A DNA stretch of 63,850 bases, filler included, from Trichomonas gallinae (Eukaryota): the NCBI GenBank assembly GCA_008369845.1. It is 4 parts of 4 records of this genome, joined end to end, with 100 filler letters (N's around TTAATTAATTAA, not from the genome) between each part and the next. Parts side by side here need not be neighbours in the genome. Positions count along the whole stretch, not along the records: positions 1 to 26,173 come from MRSU01000061.1; positions 26,274 to 58,247 come from MRSU01000071.1; 2 more parts are not named here. One strand, given 5' to 3'. The notes under the pieces are model-generated. The model did not search any database. It worked only from the letters and a program-made list of their open reading frames with translations, and was not told the origin of the DNA. This document shows positions 21,001-30,600 of this stretch, piece after piece. Both the position numbers and the translations under genes were made by a program. The stretch's first letter is position 1. Every line of letters begins with the position of its first letter.

Positions 21001-24000
21001 GCTGATGAATCATTTCTGTTATCGAACAAGTTAGTATTGTTGATCAATTGTATTGCTGAAGAAGCCTTGAGTTCACTGTTGCTTCCACTACTTGGTTTGA
21101 TGACTGGTTCTATTGGTTCGCCAAATGTATCTTCTTCCTCTTTATGCGGTTCTTCTTTCGGTTTCTTTCTATCAGGGAATAACTCGTCTTCGATGTTGAC
21201 ATATCCTGAAGGATCGAATTCATCTGCAGCCGAATCATATTCTTCTATTCTTGCCAACTGCTGACCCCTACGTCCGAAAATGTTGTCGACGAAATTTCTT
21301 CTTTTTTGGATTGATTCTAATGTTTCTTCTTCCTCCTCCTCTTCTTCATAATAACCAGGCGAGAGGTCCAAGAACTGCTCAGACAGAGAGATGTTCTTGA
21401 TGTGTCCTTGCACTGGCCTGTTGTGGAATTTGACGCCTTCCCAGTGCATGAAATCTGAGCCGCTCATAGACTGAGAGTATTTTTTGGGAATCCTCGGCCC
21501 GATGAAATCATTGTAATATGTCGGCTTGATGTTGTGGAAATGTCTGGCTTCTGAGCCACCGATAGAGACACCGTTAGGCATCAATGTCTGGATAGGAGTG
21601 GCAACTTGTTGCGTTAGGTGTATAATAGGCTGACTTTTCTTTTCTTCATGCTTTTTAAGTGTTTGCAAAGCTTTCTGGAAGATCTTACCTGGAACATTTA
21701 TACCGCTAGCGTTGTAGGCTGCTCTCGTTGGATCATCGACTTTAGGATTTGCGAGTTGTTCAAGAATTTCTGCTGTTAATTCGTTCGTTTGCACAATTGT
21801 TCCATCTTCCATTTCTATCTCGAAAATTCTCGCTTTTCTTTTCTGTCTGTCGCGTTTTTTACGATTTCCGATTTTGATTGGTTTAATTCTCTGCACGTAT
21901 TCTTCGTCTTCGTCATTTTCGTTTTCATTGATTTGACTCCTTTGTGTTGATGCTTGCGAAGAAGTCTGCGATGGTGTGAGTGGAAGTTTTTTGCCTTGCT
22001 TTGATTTTCTTTGTTCCCTCATCTGCCTGAAGACTTCTTTTGGCACAGATTTAACATCAACTGTCAAGAAGAAATTGTAGAAGAATTCTTCATCAACTTC
22101 TTCGACTTTCTTCTTGCTGATTCTCTTGATTTTCTTCTGTGGTGCAAAAGCAGCAGCAACTCTCGGATCATTAGCAATTAATTTCTTGATGATATTCGCG
22201 TTGTGTTCCATAACTGCGTCAGCGTCTTTCTGCGTAGCAGTGAACAATTCGCCTACAGATGGACGAGAATCGATGTTAAATGTGTATGTTTCTTCGCCTT
22301 CGACGATGATTTTAGGATGACCGTTTTCGAAAACTAAGTCCATCCGCTTGCGTCCACCAGGCGGAATGTCCGGATATCTCAGCGGTGGATCCTGTACAAC
22401 TGTCGGCTGATTGAAAACGCTGGAACTGTCAGATAGCATGTCTGTTGAAGAACTAGAAGCTGATGACGAGAAATAACCAGCTTTAAGTGTATTAGTTGTC
22501 TGAGCGAAAAACCCTGATGCAACAATATCTTCGTCTTCTTCTTCTGACGGAATTTCTTTCTTCTCTTCTTCCTCTTCTTTCTTAGGTGTGTGAGGAGGAG
22601 AAGGATAAACTCGAACGAATTCAGGCCAATCCAATAACCTTATGTTTTGGTCGACGCCTAAAACTATCATCAGTTTTCCCGTGTAAAGAAAAGCCATCTC
22701 GTGATTTGTCGTGTGTTTTGGCGTGTCTTTCGTGTATTGTACAAGTCCTGTTATGCAATTCGCTATTGTAAGAGTGTCGTTTGTTCCTAAAGAAACAACG
22801 AAACCTTCCAGTTGTTCTTTGGCGATTAATTCTTGTCCGCCTTCGAATTTCAGCAAATCCATCGAAGAAATAATTGACGTGAAAGCAGAATTGTGAAGTT
22901 TCATGTTGTGCAGAAGCACGAGGCTTGGATTTCCTTTCAAGTCTTCGACCAGTTCGTAAACTTTTCCTTTACCGTTGTCTAAGCAAACAACCAGCAAGTT
23001 TTGCGTCGCGAAAACGAAAGTTTGGCCAATTTCGAATTCATCTAATTTCAGCGAAAACAGTTCATCGAAAGAAGCTTCGCCAACTCTGTAGATATGAATA
23101 ACAACATCTTCTAAACCGACGACATACTTTCCATTTGGAGTCCTCTCCATGTGAAGCATGCCAATGTTCGATATCTTCCAGCTGCCGATGTAATCCCAGC
23201 AAGTTGGGCAGTGCATGACGATGCCTCCATTTGATGTCGACGTGAATAACAATGTTGTCACTCTTTTACATTTCTTGCAGTAGCTGTGTCTTACTGTCAT
23301 TACGCTCTCCATCGGCAGCATCGAGTCTATCCTGTTGCCTAGCGTTGGCTCGTTCATTTCGAACAGCTGCTTATTTGTCGTGTTGAAACATTTGATTTCA
23401 CCGTTCGAAAATCCAACATAAATAATTCCTTTGTGCAAAACCATGCTGGAGACTGGAACTGAGATCGTGTGAGGTTTTCCTGTGTTAGCGACAGGCATAG
23501 TATCTAAATCGAACACAGTGCTCTCGTGGGTATCAGCATACAACTGGTGAATGATGTTGTTTTTGCTCAGTGCAAAAATTTTTCCGTGGTTGTCGACGAG
23601 GATAGAAACGACAGTATCTGAGCATATAGAAAGCTCTTTCGGCGCGAAACACGCTTGGAACTGCCTGATGACTCCTCCTTCACTCTGAAACACCCACGAT
23701 TTCGTTTCTGTCTTATGTGTGATTGCCGATTGTAAGTCAATAACTGATTCGACATCTTTCATATCTAACGGAACAGATGGTTCAAGGTTATATGAACCAA
23801 TTAAGTTGCCAGTCATCATGTTGTAGCGCCTGATGACTCTTTCGTGAGAAACAGTGATGATTGAGAGAGAATCGAGAACAATGTGAATTGGACCGAGTCT
23901 AACTTGATCAATTGTCTGTGTATTTAGTGCGCTTTTCTCAAAAACTTGCCATGTCTTGACTATGCCGTCTGTTGCAGCAGTAAAGAACATCAAGTGCTCT

Positions 24001-24626
24001 GGAGAATAACTAATTCCAGAAATATTCGCTTTATGACCTGTCGCAAACTTCTGCAGAAGGCTGCCATCTTTCATTGACATGATGTAAACGTCAGTTCCTG
24101 ACGCGCCAAATAGAATTTCTTTGACATCATCGCAAACTAATTGATTCATCCATTGACTGTTGTGACGAGTGGTCCATTTGCCTTCCCACTCGGCTGCTGT
24201 GCCTGAAATTGATGTGTGAGCGTGAACTTCTAAAGCTCTCATCCATCCAAAATTTCCTGATAAGTAAAGTGTTTGAAATTTCGGTGACCAAGACATCGCA
24301 AGAACAATAATTTTTGTATCTAAACTCATTGTTGGAACTTGACGTAAAGTATCATCGAATGCAATTAAATTTCGTCGATTTTTAACCATTAAGAAGATTG
24401 CTTTCGAAGGATATAACGGCGTGTATATCGGATGTAGTAGCGCGAGTGTTTCATGACTGATGAAATCGCATTCCTTCAGCAATTTGTGGAGTAAGAAATT
24501 ATATAATCTGAATTTAACGCCATCGAACGTCAGCAGATAGGACATGTCCTCGTACGTACTGACAGTCCACTGCTTTACCGGATATGGATGTGCAAAATCG
24601 TGCTGATGTACGAAAAATGCATCCAT
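18075..24626 (-). CDS. large WD40-repeat protein with long acidic/charged low-complexity C-terminus
   Basis: 2183-aa ORF. GHKANISGISYS..FFTAATDGIVKTW and other beta-propeller strands in the first ~680 aa, then E/K/S-rich tail. First ATG at 24626. Confidence 0.85.
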   Translation of the reverse strand: MDAFFVHQHDFAHPYPVKQWTVSTYEDMSYLLTFDGVKFRLYNFLLHKLLKECDFISHETLALLHPIYTPLYPSKAIFLMVKNRRNLIAFDDTLRQVPTMSLDTKIIVLAMSWSPKFQTLYLSGNFGWMRALEVHAHTSISGTAAEWEGKWTTRHNSQWMNQLVCDDVKEILFGASGTDVYIMSMKDGSLLQKFATGHKANISGISYSPEHLMFFTAATDGIVKTWQVFEKSALNTQTIDQVRLGPIHIVLDSLSIITVSHERVIRRYNMMTGNLIGSYNLEPSVPLDMKDVESVIDLQSAITHKTETKSWVFQSEGGVIRQFQACFAPKELSICSDTVVSILVDNHGKIFALSKNNIIHQLYADTHESTVFDLDTMPVANTGKPHTISVPVSSMVLHKGIIYVGFSNGEIKCFNTTNKQLFEMNEPTLGNRIDSMLPMESVMTVRHSYCKKCKRVTTLLFTSTSNGGIVMHCPTCWDYIGSWKISNIGMLHMERTPNGKYVVGLEDVVIHIYRVGEASFDELFSLKLDEFEIGQTFVFATQNLLVVCLDNGKGKVYELVEDLKGNPSLVLLHNMKLHNSAFTSIISSMDLLKFEGGQELIAKEQLEGFVVSLGTNDTLTIANCITGLVQYTKDTPKHTTNHEMAFLYTGKLMIVLGVDQNIRLLDWPEFVRVYPSPPHTPKKEEEEEKKEIPSEEEDEDIVASGFFAQTTNTLKAGYFSSSASSSSTDMLSDSSSVFNQPTVVQDPPLRYPDIPPGGRKRMDLVFENGHPKIIVEGEETYTFNIDSRPSVGELFTATQKDADAVMEHNANIIKKLIANDPRVAAAFAPQKKIKRISKKKVEEVDEEFFYNFFLTVDVKSVPKEVFRQMREQRKSKQGKKLPLTPSQTSSQASTQRSQINENENDEDEEYVQRIKPIKIGNRKKRDRQKRKARIFEIEMEDGTIVQTNELTAEILEQLANPKVDDPTRAAYNASGINVPGKIFQKALQTLKKHEEKKSQPIIHLTQQVATPIQTLMPNGVSIGGSEARHFHNIKPTYYNDFIGPRIPKKYSQSMSGSDFMHWEGVKFHNRPVQGHIKNISLSEQFLDLSPGYYEEEEEEEETLESIQKRRNFVDNIFGRRGQQLARIEEYDSAADEFDPSGYVNIEDELFPDRKKPKEEPHKEEEDTFGEPIEPVIKPSSGSNSELKASSAIQLINNTNLFDNRNDSSASLFSMQGLNIFDNNNSRAQKLVENSPSLKILNDIYGGSDNPLADLIKNAPPVSSDDLKSLNLNRLGPLPEWTPLADTIPMESSGIPQDLKGFTVAGYGNAAFGKGRPRSPPSGLFTLNDINNSLSLGKNFLPSINESSSELFDLGAIPEGSIMEENDLEPLDSPASTEGSILVPPKSPKVVRPKSASVMQVEEHLKRNDFKALKEVLEDVGLIEDETLIEQPKWQPTVNFLSFHQKTLSNNSSTISLLDSRRSAIDDDKQSTTTGIPEEVPENTGDNPPETSVADLPDIIDNLPTQVSSASRGSFSSLPYEATNIEDSDGSMHSVSGVIEQKKPEIKLPESPKFDKLGRNSSSLNSITELEELDESQEFNNMTIKEDEEENLPTAIKEEEPTIKEEGGEKQDKENVEEEDEDVDIDGEIHRLREDEERAQEEAEEQARIQREQQDAEGRRRTEEEEEEKRRKAEEEKQKQEEEEYVEEDNYETETNYTTTDATSVAEVSKLEAEEEEEEEKQEEGEKVEEKQETIGEEEEKAEKTEDAKEEKVEGKDEEEEDEEEELYSTTSDETETQSSEVLSNLNKPTEEPQETKPPEEPAPELEIPKQDPLITITSHRSQSTSGQETPKLQIAEEIGDIDLAKMKDKQAKKRPPRSRNNEKVEKNDRKLSKGKKSDKTGSRQSVNLRKSQEKIDLGDTNNKLISGIKMEPIQSDNEEEEDANSLVSKSKEIIPIVKDPVTSTTKLSKSNRGSAKNSTSNMSVESTKPKAVAGNRLGQGKQRRTIGRRASEARFEIDNTISSITEEEVEHPDTPKRKVVKKKIIKKEEPNSPLINKKDLQRREEEELLAKLMANTTEMDVSADLSSILGTGHSDKSKMMKMKERKNDKSLSSKITLDDEPESFKILDQREAEERAKEKFPKFTIIRNKSSNDLLAKKLHDRPRMRMLNEYETSIAPTCFTSFYGLSLWDRKQAKLRRNSVIF

Positions 24627-24755
24627 TTTCGATGTAGCACGTTTTTTCTCCCAAATCAATATTTTCTAAAATTGCTGCAATATTTATCATTTACATATGA
24701 TACTGATACTAAATAATATAAAATTAAACGAATTTAACATTTTGACACTTACATC

Positions 24756-24805
24756 ATTACATGGCAAAGTCCCAATCTACACGGTAATAATCGGTTTACA
24801 TGGCA
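24756..24805 (-). promoter_or_regulatory. TGHCAYRTAAA array
   Basis: attacatggca at 24756, tctacacggta at 24776, tttacatggca at 24795 (spacing 20, 19). Confidence 0.55.
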
Positions 24806-25140
24806 AAATTGAAGCTTTCTGAGTCCTGAATTAAATCTTATGCTTTGCCTTGTGTATTAGGTGCCATAAGTTCACCGTAAGCAAATCCATTATATACAAA
24901 ATTACATATTGATTAATCAAGATTTTATTATCATTTATGTTGATCACGATGTGTGCTTAAAGACGACAAATTGGGTTAAATTTTGTGTTTTATTATGGGT
25001 AAAAACAATATTAAACAAAATAATATAAAGAAAATCTATGTATTATTAGAGGACTAACATGGAAGTAATGCTTTTTGCATTGATAAATGATATATGATTA
25101 AAGTTGGTTGAGAAATATCTAATCGAAAAATTGAAAATTG

Positions 25141-25371
25141 CTAGTTAAGAGTTTCTATGGAGTATACAGTTGTTCCACGGATAACACAAGATTGTGTTAT
25201 TATTGGAGCTTTGTCGTATGGCGTAAATATTTCAGCATCTCGAATAGTTAAATTCATAAAGTGATCAAAACCAGTTAAAACGCCTTTGACTATTCTATCC
25301 TTGTTAAGTGTCACTTTAACGTCTTTTTGTATGTGTTCTTTAAGCTCTGGATAAGGAGGCTGCGCTTGCAT
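25141..25371 (-). CDS. SNRPG: Sm-fold snRNP protein, SmG-like
   Basis: PELK..I.K.V.V.LN..R.V.G.L.GFDHFMNL Sm1 motif and VIRG Sm2 motif; ATG at 25371. Confidence 0.82.
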   Translation of the reverse strand: MQAQPPYPELKEHIQKDVKVTLNKDRIVKGVLTGFDHFMNLTIRDAEIFTPYDKAPIITQSCVIRGTTVYSIETLN

Positions 25372-25377
25372 GATCAA

Positions 25378-25459
25378 TTTACGTGTCGGAAAGTTCCTTT
25401 ACATGCCAATTAAGTTTATTAATGATAATTTACGTGTCGAATATTTACTTTACATGTCA
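25378..25459 (-). promoter_or_regulatory. TGHCAYRTAAA array in ~51-bp tandem repeat
   Basis: tttacgtgtcg at 25378, tttacatgcca at 25398, tttacgtgtcg at 25429, tttacatgtca at 25449 (spacing 20, 31, 20). Confidence 0.6.
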
Positions 25460-25649
25460 ATAATTTATGAATTTACCAAGCTGTTTACTGCATTATAACT
25501 ATAAATGGTGAGAATTTCAGCTTATATTGCCATAGACTTATATATAATATATTTATAGATGTACATTTTTGTCTACGGAGTTTATGTTCAGTTCTCATTA
25601 TTTATCTAGATATTGAAGAATCTAGTGTGAATAAAATTAAATTATAAGA

Positions 25650-26173
25650 ATGAGTTTTTCTCCATTGGTATCGAGAAATGTTCAGAAAGGTACAATTCTG
25701 TTTGTTGATAATATCATTGCTGAAGCAATTGCTCTGACAGGAGGAATAAAATCCATAGTTCCAAGCGTTTATTCTTCGATTGTTTCTATTGAAAAGCCAT
25801 TAAAAGAAATACAAGCACTAATACAAAGATTGAGCGCTGTTATTCCGTTAGAACACTTTGAAATATTCATTGGGTCTGAAATTTCATACTTTCGAACGCA
25901 AATTGTTGAAATTTCTTCAATCGAAGAATACGATATCATGAGAATATACACAACAAATGTTAATGAACAAGGAAGTTGTTTACCTGAAAAACTACAAAAT
26001 AGAATCGAATGCATCCAAAACTTTTACTTCCAATTGATTTCAAATGTGTTTATATCGACTACAATTAAGATAAACATTCTAGAACAGATTGCTCAATTCG
26101 ATGAAACTCAATCACAAAATATTTTAAATATGATCACGAATTTCATCAGAAATCATGGCTCACCTGTTGTTAA
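25650..26173 (+). CDS. hypothetical protein, 5' part only (possibly Sec1/Munc18-like, SCFD2-type N-terminus)
   Basis: Open frame runs into the spacer. ILFVD..AEAI resembles the start of Sec1-family domain 1 (weak). Confidence 0.6.
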
Positions 26174-26273
26174 NNNNNNNNNNNNNNNNNNNNNNNNNNN
26201 NNNNNNNNNNNNNNNNNTTAATTAATTAANNNNNNNNNNNNNNNNNNNNNNNNNNNNNNNNNNNNNNNNNNNN
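26174..26273. other. artificial contig-joining spacer
   Basis: 44 N + TTAATTAATTAA + 44 N, exactly 100 nt. Confidence 0.97.
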
Positions 26274-26367
26274 TATGGATTTTGAATTTATGGGAGAATG
26301 AATATTCCGTGTTCTATATAAAAATGAAAATTGAATTGTCGAATAGCTGATCGTAACCCTAAATTTT

Positions 26368-26456
26368 AAAAAAGCAAAAACACGCTTCCATCGGTAATCA
26401 AACTTCGAGACTTCACTTTAGCAATGGTATTGGTTTAACCACTAAGCCAAACTTCA
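26368..26456 (-). pseudogene. degenerate tRNA-like / Pol III promoter relic
   Basis: Minus strand has A-box TGGCTTAGTGG (26439-26449), degenerate B-box AGTTTGATTAC (26394-26404) and T-runs downstream. Acceptor stem does not pair. Confidence 0.3.
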
Positions 26457-26665
26457 CTATCGAATATTTATTATATTTTGTCATATTTATATGATTTGTT
26501 GGATTCACCCCCTATAATAGGACCTAGTGCAAACTGTGGCAAAACTGGGTTTATTATTTTCATCTGATTTCACCATTTTTAACATTATATTTTATAGATT
26601 TTACAAAAACAAAGTCTATATATCACAACATATGGTTTCAAAATTGAAGGTTTTACTTACATGAT

Positions 26666-27391
26666 TCAGTTTGCAGCTTGATTATCATTAAATGTCATTT
26701 CAACCAAATGGCAGGTGGTTCTTAGTTCTAAATCACCTTCATCCTGAGGGAACATTGGTGCATGCTTTTCTGTCAGTATTTCGTGCAATTTAAAATTGAA
26801 CTTTTTTTGTGCAAGCGTAAAAAAGTTTAAATCCAGATTGACTCTGCGTGGGACATGGTGGCTGTAGCTAACGATAGCTCTTCCGTTCGGTTTTAGGAGT
26901 TTTGATAATGAACGGAGTAAATTTTTATGGCAGGAGTGATTGAAAATAAGGTCAGAAAGTAGAGCGACATCGAATTTCTCTCCATTGTTTGCATCTAGAA
27001 CTGGTTGGACGTCCTTTCCCCATGTATGTCCAACAATTTTAACATTATCGTACTGTTGCGTATTGAAAATAAGATTTTCAATAATTTGGGGCTCATCGTA
27101 GTCTGTTCCGACAACATTTTTGGCTCCAGATATAGCAGCGGAGCAAACACACAAACCAACTCCAGATCCGAACTCTACAACTGTCTTTCCTTCGACCTCA
27201 AAGCCAGGGTCTTTAGCAAGAATATGTTTGCTGGTAAGCTGTCCGGTTATCCAGACCAACTCGCCCCATAATGAATGATGTTTTCCCATCTGGCGAAGAT
27301 GGAAGCCATTAATGTCGATAAACTTAAACTCAGGCTCATTATCATCATCACTGGAGTGCGTATCAAACAATTCTGCCATATCATTGTCCAT
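26666..27391 (-). CDS. EFM7: Efm7/Nnt1-like protein lysine/N-terminal methyltransferase (Methyltransf_16)
   Basis: HHSLWGELVW, VVEFGSGVGL motif I, VVGTDY, GHTWG, LLSDLIFNHSCH, SHH.P..DLNFF. Confidence 0.85.
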   Translation of the reverse strand: MDNDMAELFDTHSSDDDNEPEFKFIDINGFHLRQMGKHHSLWGELVWITGQLTSKHILAKDPGFEVEGKTVVEFGSGVGLCVCSAAISGAKNVVGTDYDEPQIIENLIFNTQQYDNVKIVGHTWGKDVQPVLDANNGEKFDVALLSDLIFNHSCHKNLLRSLSKLLKPNGRAIVSYSHHVPRRVNLDLNFFTLAQKKFNFKLHEILTEKHAPMFPQDEGDLELRTTCHLVEMTFNDNQAAN

Positions 27392-27486
27392 AATCCCTTA
27401 TAAGAGATTTCGCTTGACCAAATTTTAAAAATTTGACAATTTGAATGTAGTAAATTTATGATATGTAAAGTCTTCGAACCGCACTT

Positions 27487-27665
27487 TGACAAATAAAGCT
27501 ATCAAAAATAAAATATTTGCCATGTAAATTATTTTTTCGATAAATATTTTTGTCATGTAAAGTAGTCTATTTTGTGAGAAAAATCTGCAATTTGCCAAAT
27601 AAAGCTATCAAAAAGAAATATTTGTCATGTAAAGTAATGTTTTTGTGAGAAATATCTGCAATTTG
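27487..27665 (+). promoter_or_regulatory. TGHCAYRTAAA array in an imperfect tandem duplication
   Basis: Copies at 27487, 27518, 27551, 27593, 27623. aaataaagctatcaaaaa and ttttgtgagaaa.atctgcaatttg each occur twice. Confidence 0.65.
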
Positions 27666-27694
27666 AGAAAAAAAAATCTTCGATGGATTATTTT

Positions 27695-30600
27695 TTACTC
27701 AAAGATTGTCTTGAGATCGTTAAGGATGGAAGCTGTGAGTGGCTGAGCCTTTGTGAGGATCTTGATATCGATCTTTTGAGCGCCAAACTTAGCGTGGATG
27801 AGGATCTTGAAAGGTGTTGATGTCAAAAGACCCATGAAAATCTCTTCCTGTCCGATTCTCTGGACTGTCTTGACGTGGACGATCGTGTTCATGATTCTTG
27901 AGATCTCATCGATTGTGAGTCCCTCCTTGCGTGGCATTGAATAGACGAGTTCGCTGCCGCCTGACTTCCACTGGGAGCCAAATTCGGCTGTTGTGGACTG
28001 CTGTGGCTGAATGAATGTGAGGAGGTTGGCTGGGAGTGGAACAGTGACCTTCTTGCCATTGTATTCGATGTTACAGACGAACTTGAACTGTGGGAATCCC
28101 TTCATCTGCTTCGGGAATGAGTATGTGGCGAGCATTGTGACGGCGTTCTGTGCTGGGATGCAGCAGATGTTGGCTGGGTGGGAGCAGACATCCTTTGTGA
28201 GGACATCTGGGCCATCGATGGACATTGAGAACTGGCCGATTGGGTATGGGCTATCATTCATGACTGCGACAAGGACCTTTCCAGCGCCAGCGCAGGCGAC
28301 GACCTTGATCTGGTTGTCAGCAAATGCTGGAACTGGCTGGATGCCGCTGGCTGAGAATTCAGCGATTGGCTGTGGTGGTGGCTGCATGCTTTCCTCCGCA
28401 GCTGCTGCGATTGCTGTCTCCTGCTCTGGTGACAACGGGATGTTCACTGGAGCTGCCTGAACTGATGGTGCGGCGGCTGGCGCTGCTGCTGGCTTGGCCG
28501 CAAGTGGCTTCTTTGCTGCTGGCTTGGCACCCTTGAAGATGGACTGTGCAAGTTTCTCCTTCTTTGCCTCTTCTGTGTTGGCCTGGTTCTTCTTTGAGGC
28601 GAGGGAAAGGTTCTTGAACATGTTTGGCTTCTTGGCTGGCTCTGGTTCAGCAGCGCCGTATGTCTGTGGTGTAGCATCGCCGTAGCCTGTTGGTGTGGCT
28701 GTTTCTGCTGCCTGTGGAGCGACAAGGCCTTCGCTGCCCCAGACTGCTGTGACACCAGCTGTGTTGAGGGCGAATGACTCCTCCTGTGGTGGAACGTTCT
28801 GTGCCTGGGATCCATCGTTGATGCCGTCGGCGCTGTAGATGTTGCCTGGTGTGTTGTGTGGGTACTGGTGGTAAATGAGTGTTGGCTTGGCTGTGACGAT
28901 GACGTCTGTATCTCTGTCGTCGACTGGGATGTACTGTGGTGCGCCGTTTGCGATGGCGTTGTTGACCATCTCATCTAAGAAGGACAATGTTGGATCCTGC
29001 TCTTCCTCCATGGCGAGGACGATGTTGAGGGACTCTCTGAAGTTGAGGAGAGAGAATGCTTCGTAGCAGATTTCCTGGACGATGATGCTTCTTGACTGCT
29101 TGTAGTTCTCGAAGACATCAAGAACTTCCTGTGGAACTTCCTCGATCTTTGGAAGAAGTTTAAGGATGGCGTTGAGGACCCACTCACGAGGACCATCGTA
29201 GCCGTCGGCGAGATCGCAGAGAAGGAGGATGATAAAGGAAAGATCGTATTCATCAGAGAGGTCAGCGTAGTTACCGATGACGTGGGCGATGACTGTGACG
29301 AAAACGTCAGAGAGTCTTCTGGATGATTGTGCGACATCGAGGTAAAGGTTGACGATGGAGCGGCGCATTTCTTCGTCGCATTCCTCATCGATGATTCTCA
29401 TGACCTGGAAGGCGACTTCTGGGCGGACTAAGTTGCCACCGATGGCGAAGAGCTGCTCCATGGTCTTAGCGAACCAGAGAGGAGATGGGGCATACTTGGA
29501 GGCGATGTCTGTGATTCTGTCTGAAAGTTCGCGTCTGATGATGTCGTTCTTTGTGCGCTGGAAGAATCTGAGCATGTTGACGACAATGATCTGGGCGTTG
29601 TCTTCAGAAGCCATATTGTGGAGGAGGCCAAGTGTGATGAATCTGATTGATGGATCTGGGTGCTCAAGGCAATCAATGATTGTAGATTGGAACTCTGTAG
29701 CGAAGTCTGGAATTGATGAAAGGAGTGAAAGACCGATGTACTTGTAGTTCTGTTCCTTGGATCCCATGAATAAGGAAATGGCGCCTCTAAGCTGTGGAAT
29801 TTCTGTAAGATCAAGAGCGATGGCTGTCTTGATGGCTTCGTAAAGAACAGCAGACGAGGCTGGAGACTCGCATGTGTTGGCCTGAAGGGCCTGTGTGAGA
29901 ACTGGCTCAACCTGCTCGTGGATGCCTTGTTCGTGGAGTGCGATCTTCTGGATAAGCTTCATCATGTTGACGAGAACGAATGGAGCTGTGCAGCGCTGAT
30001 GGACATATTCAACTTTGGCGTTTCCAGTAAGAATCAACTGAGCAGAACGGATAACATCTGGGAGCATATCGCAGATCTGGCGGATGTTCAATGAGTTCTC
30101 AAGGAGTGTGCGGAATGTGATGACAACAGAGTTGACGATGGAAAGATCTGGATCCGAGAGAAGGCGGCATAGATCTGGGAAGAAATCGACAACACAAGTT
30201 GGATCCTTCTTTACAAATGTATCAATGCACATAACTGCTTTCTGGCGAATAATTGGAACTGTGTGGTTAAGGCACTGTCCGATGAAACCGATGACTGGCT
30301 GGATGAGCTCTGGTGTGATCAAGTGAGCAATAGCTGTCAAAGCGAGAGCCATTGATGTTGGATGTCCGGATGAAAGATCGCGCTGTGTAGAGTTGATGAT
30401 AAGAACGATGAGATCGGACTTAGAGTCGAACAGGGCAGAGCAGGCGAGGTAGCCGAGTGCCTTTGTCATCATCTGGGAGTCCTGTGTGAGATTGACAGCG
30501 TGAATTTGGCCGAAAGATGTATTGTAGCCGAGAAGTGTCAAGTGGACAAGGGATATAACGTTCTCGTATAAGTCAGAGAGACCGATCTTGGACTTGTTCA

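Noticed and set aside
18163..22320. Long Ser/Phe-rich plus-strand ORFs (e.g. 18469-19542, 19756-20712)
   Set aside because: Antisense shadows of the Glu/Lys-rich tail of the WD40 gene.
26174..26273. TTAATTAATTAA palindrome between N runs (also at 58248 and 61873)
   Set aside because: An identical 100-nt construct occurring three times, with stops in all frames: an assembly linker, not biology.
28011..30326. Many overlapping ORFs within the AP-4 epsilon gene
   Set aside because: By-product of strong codon bias in a highly expressed gene; no recognisable domains.
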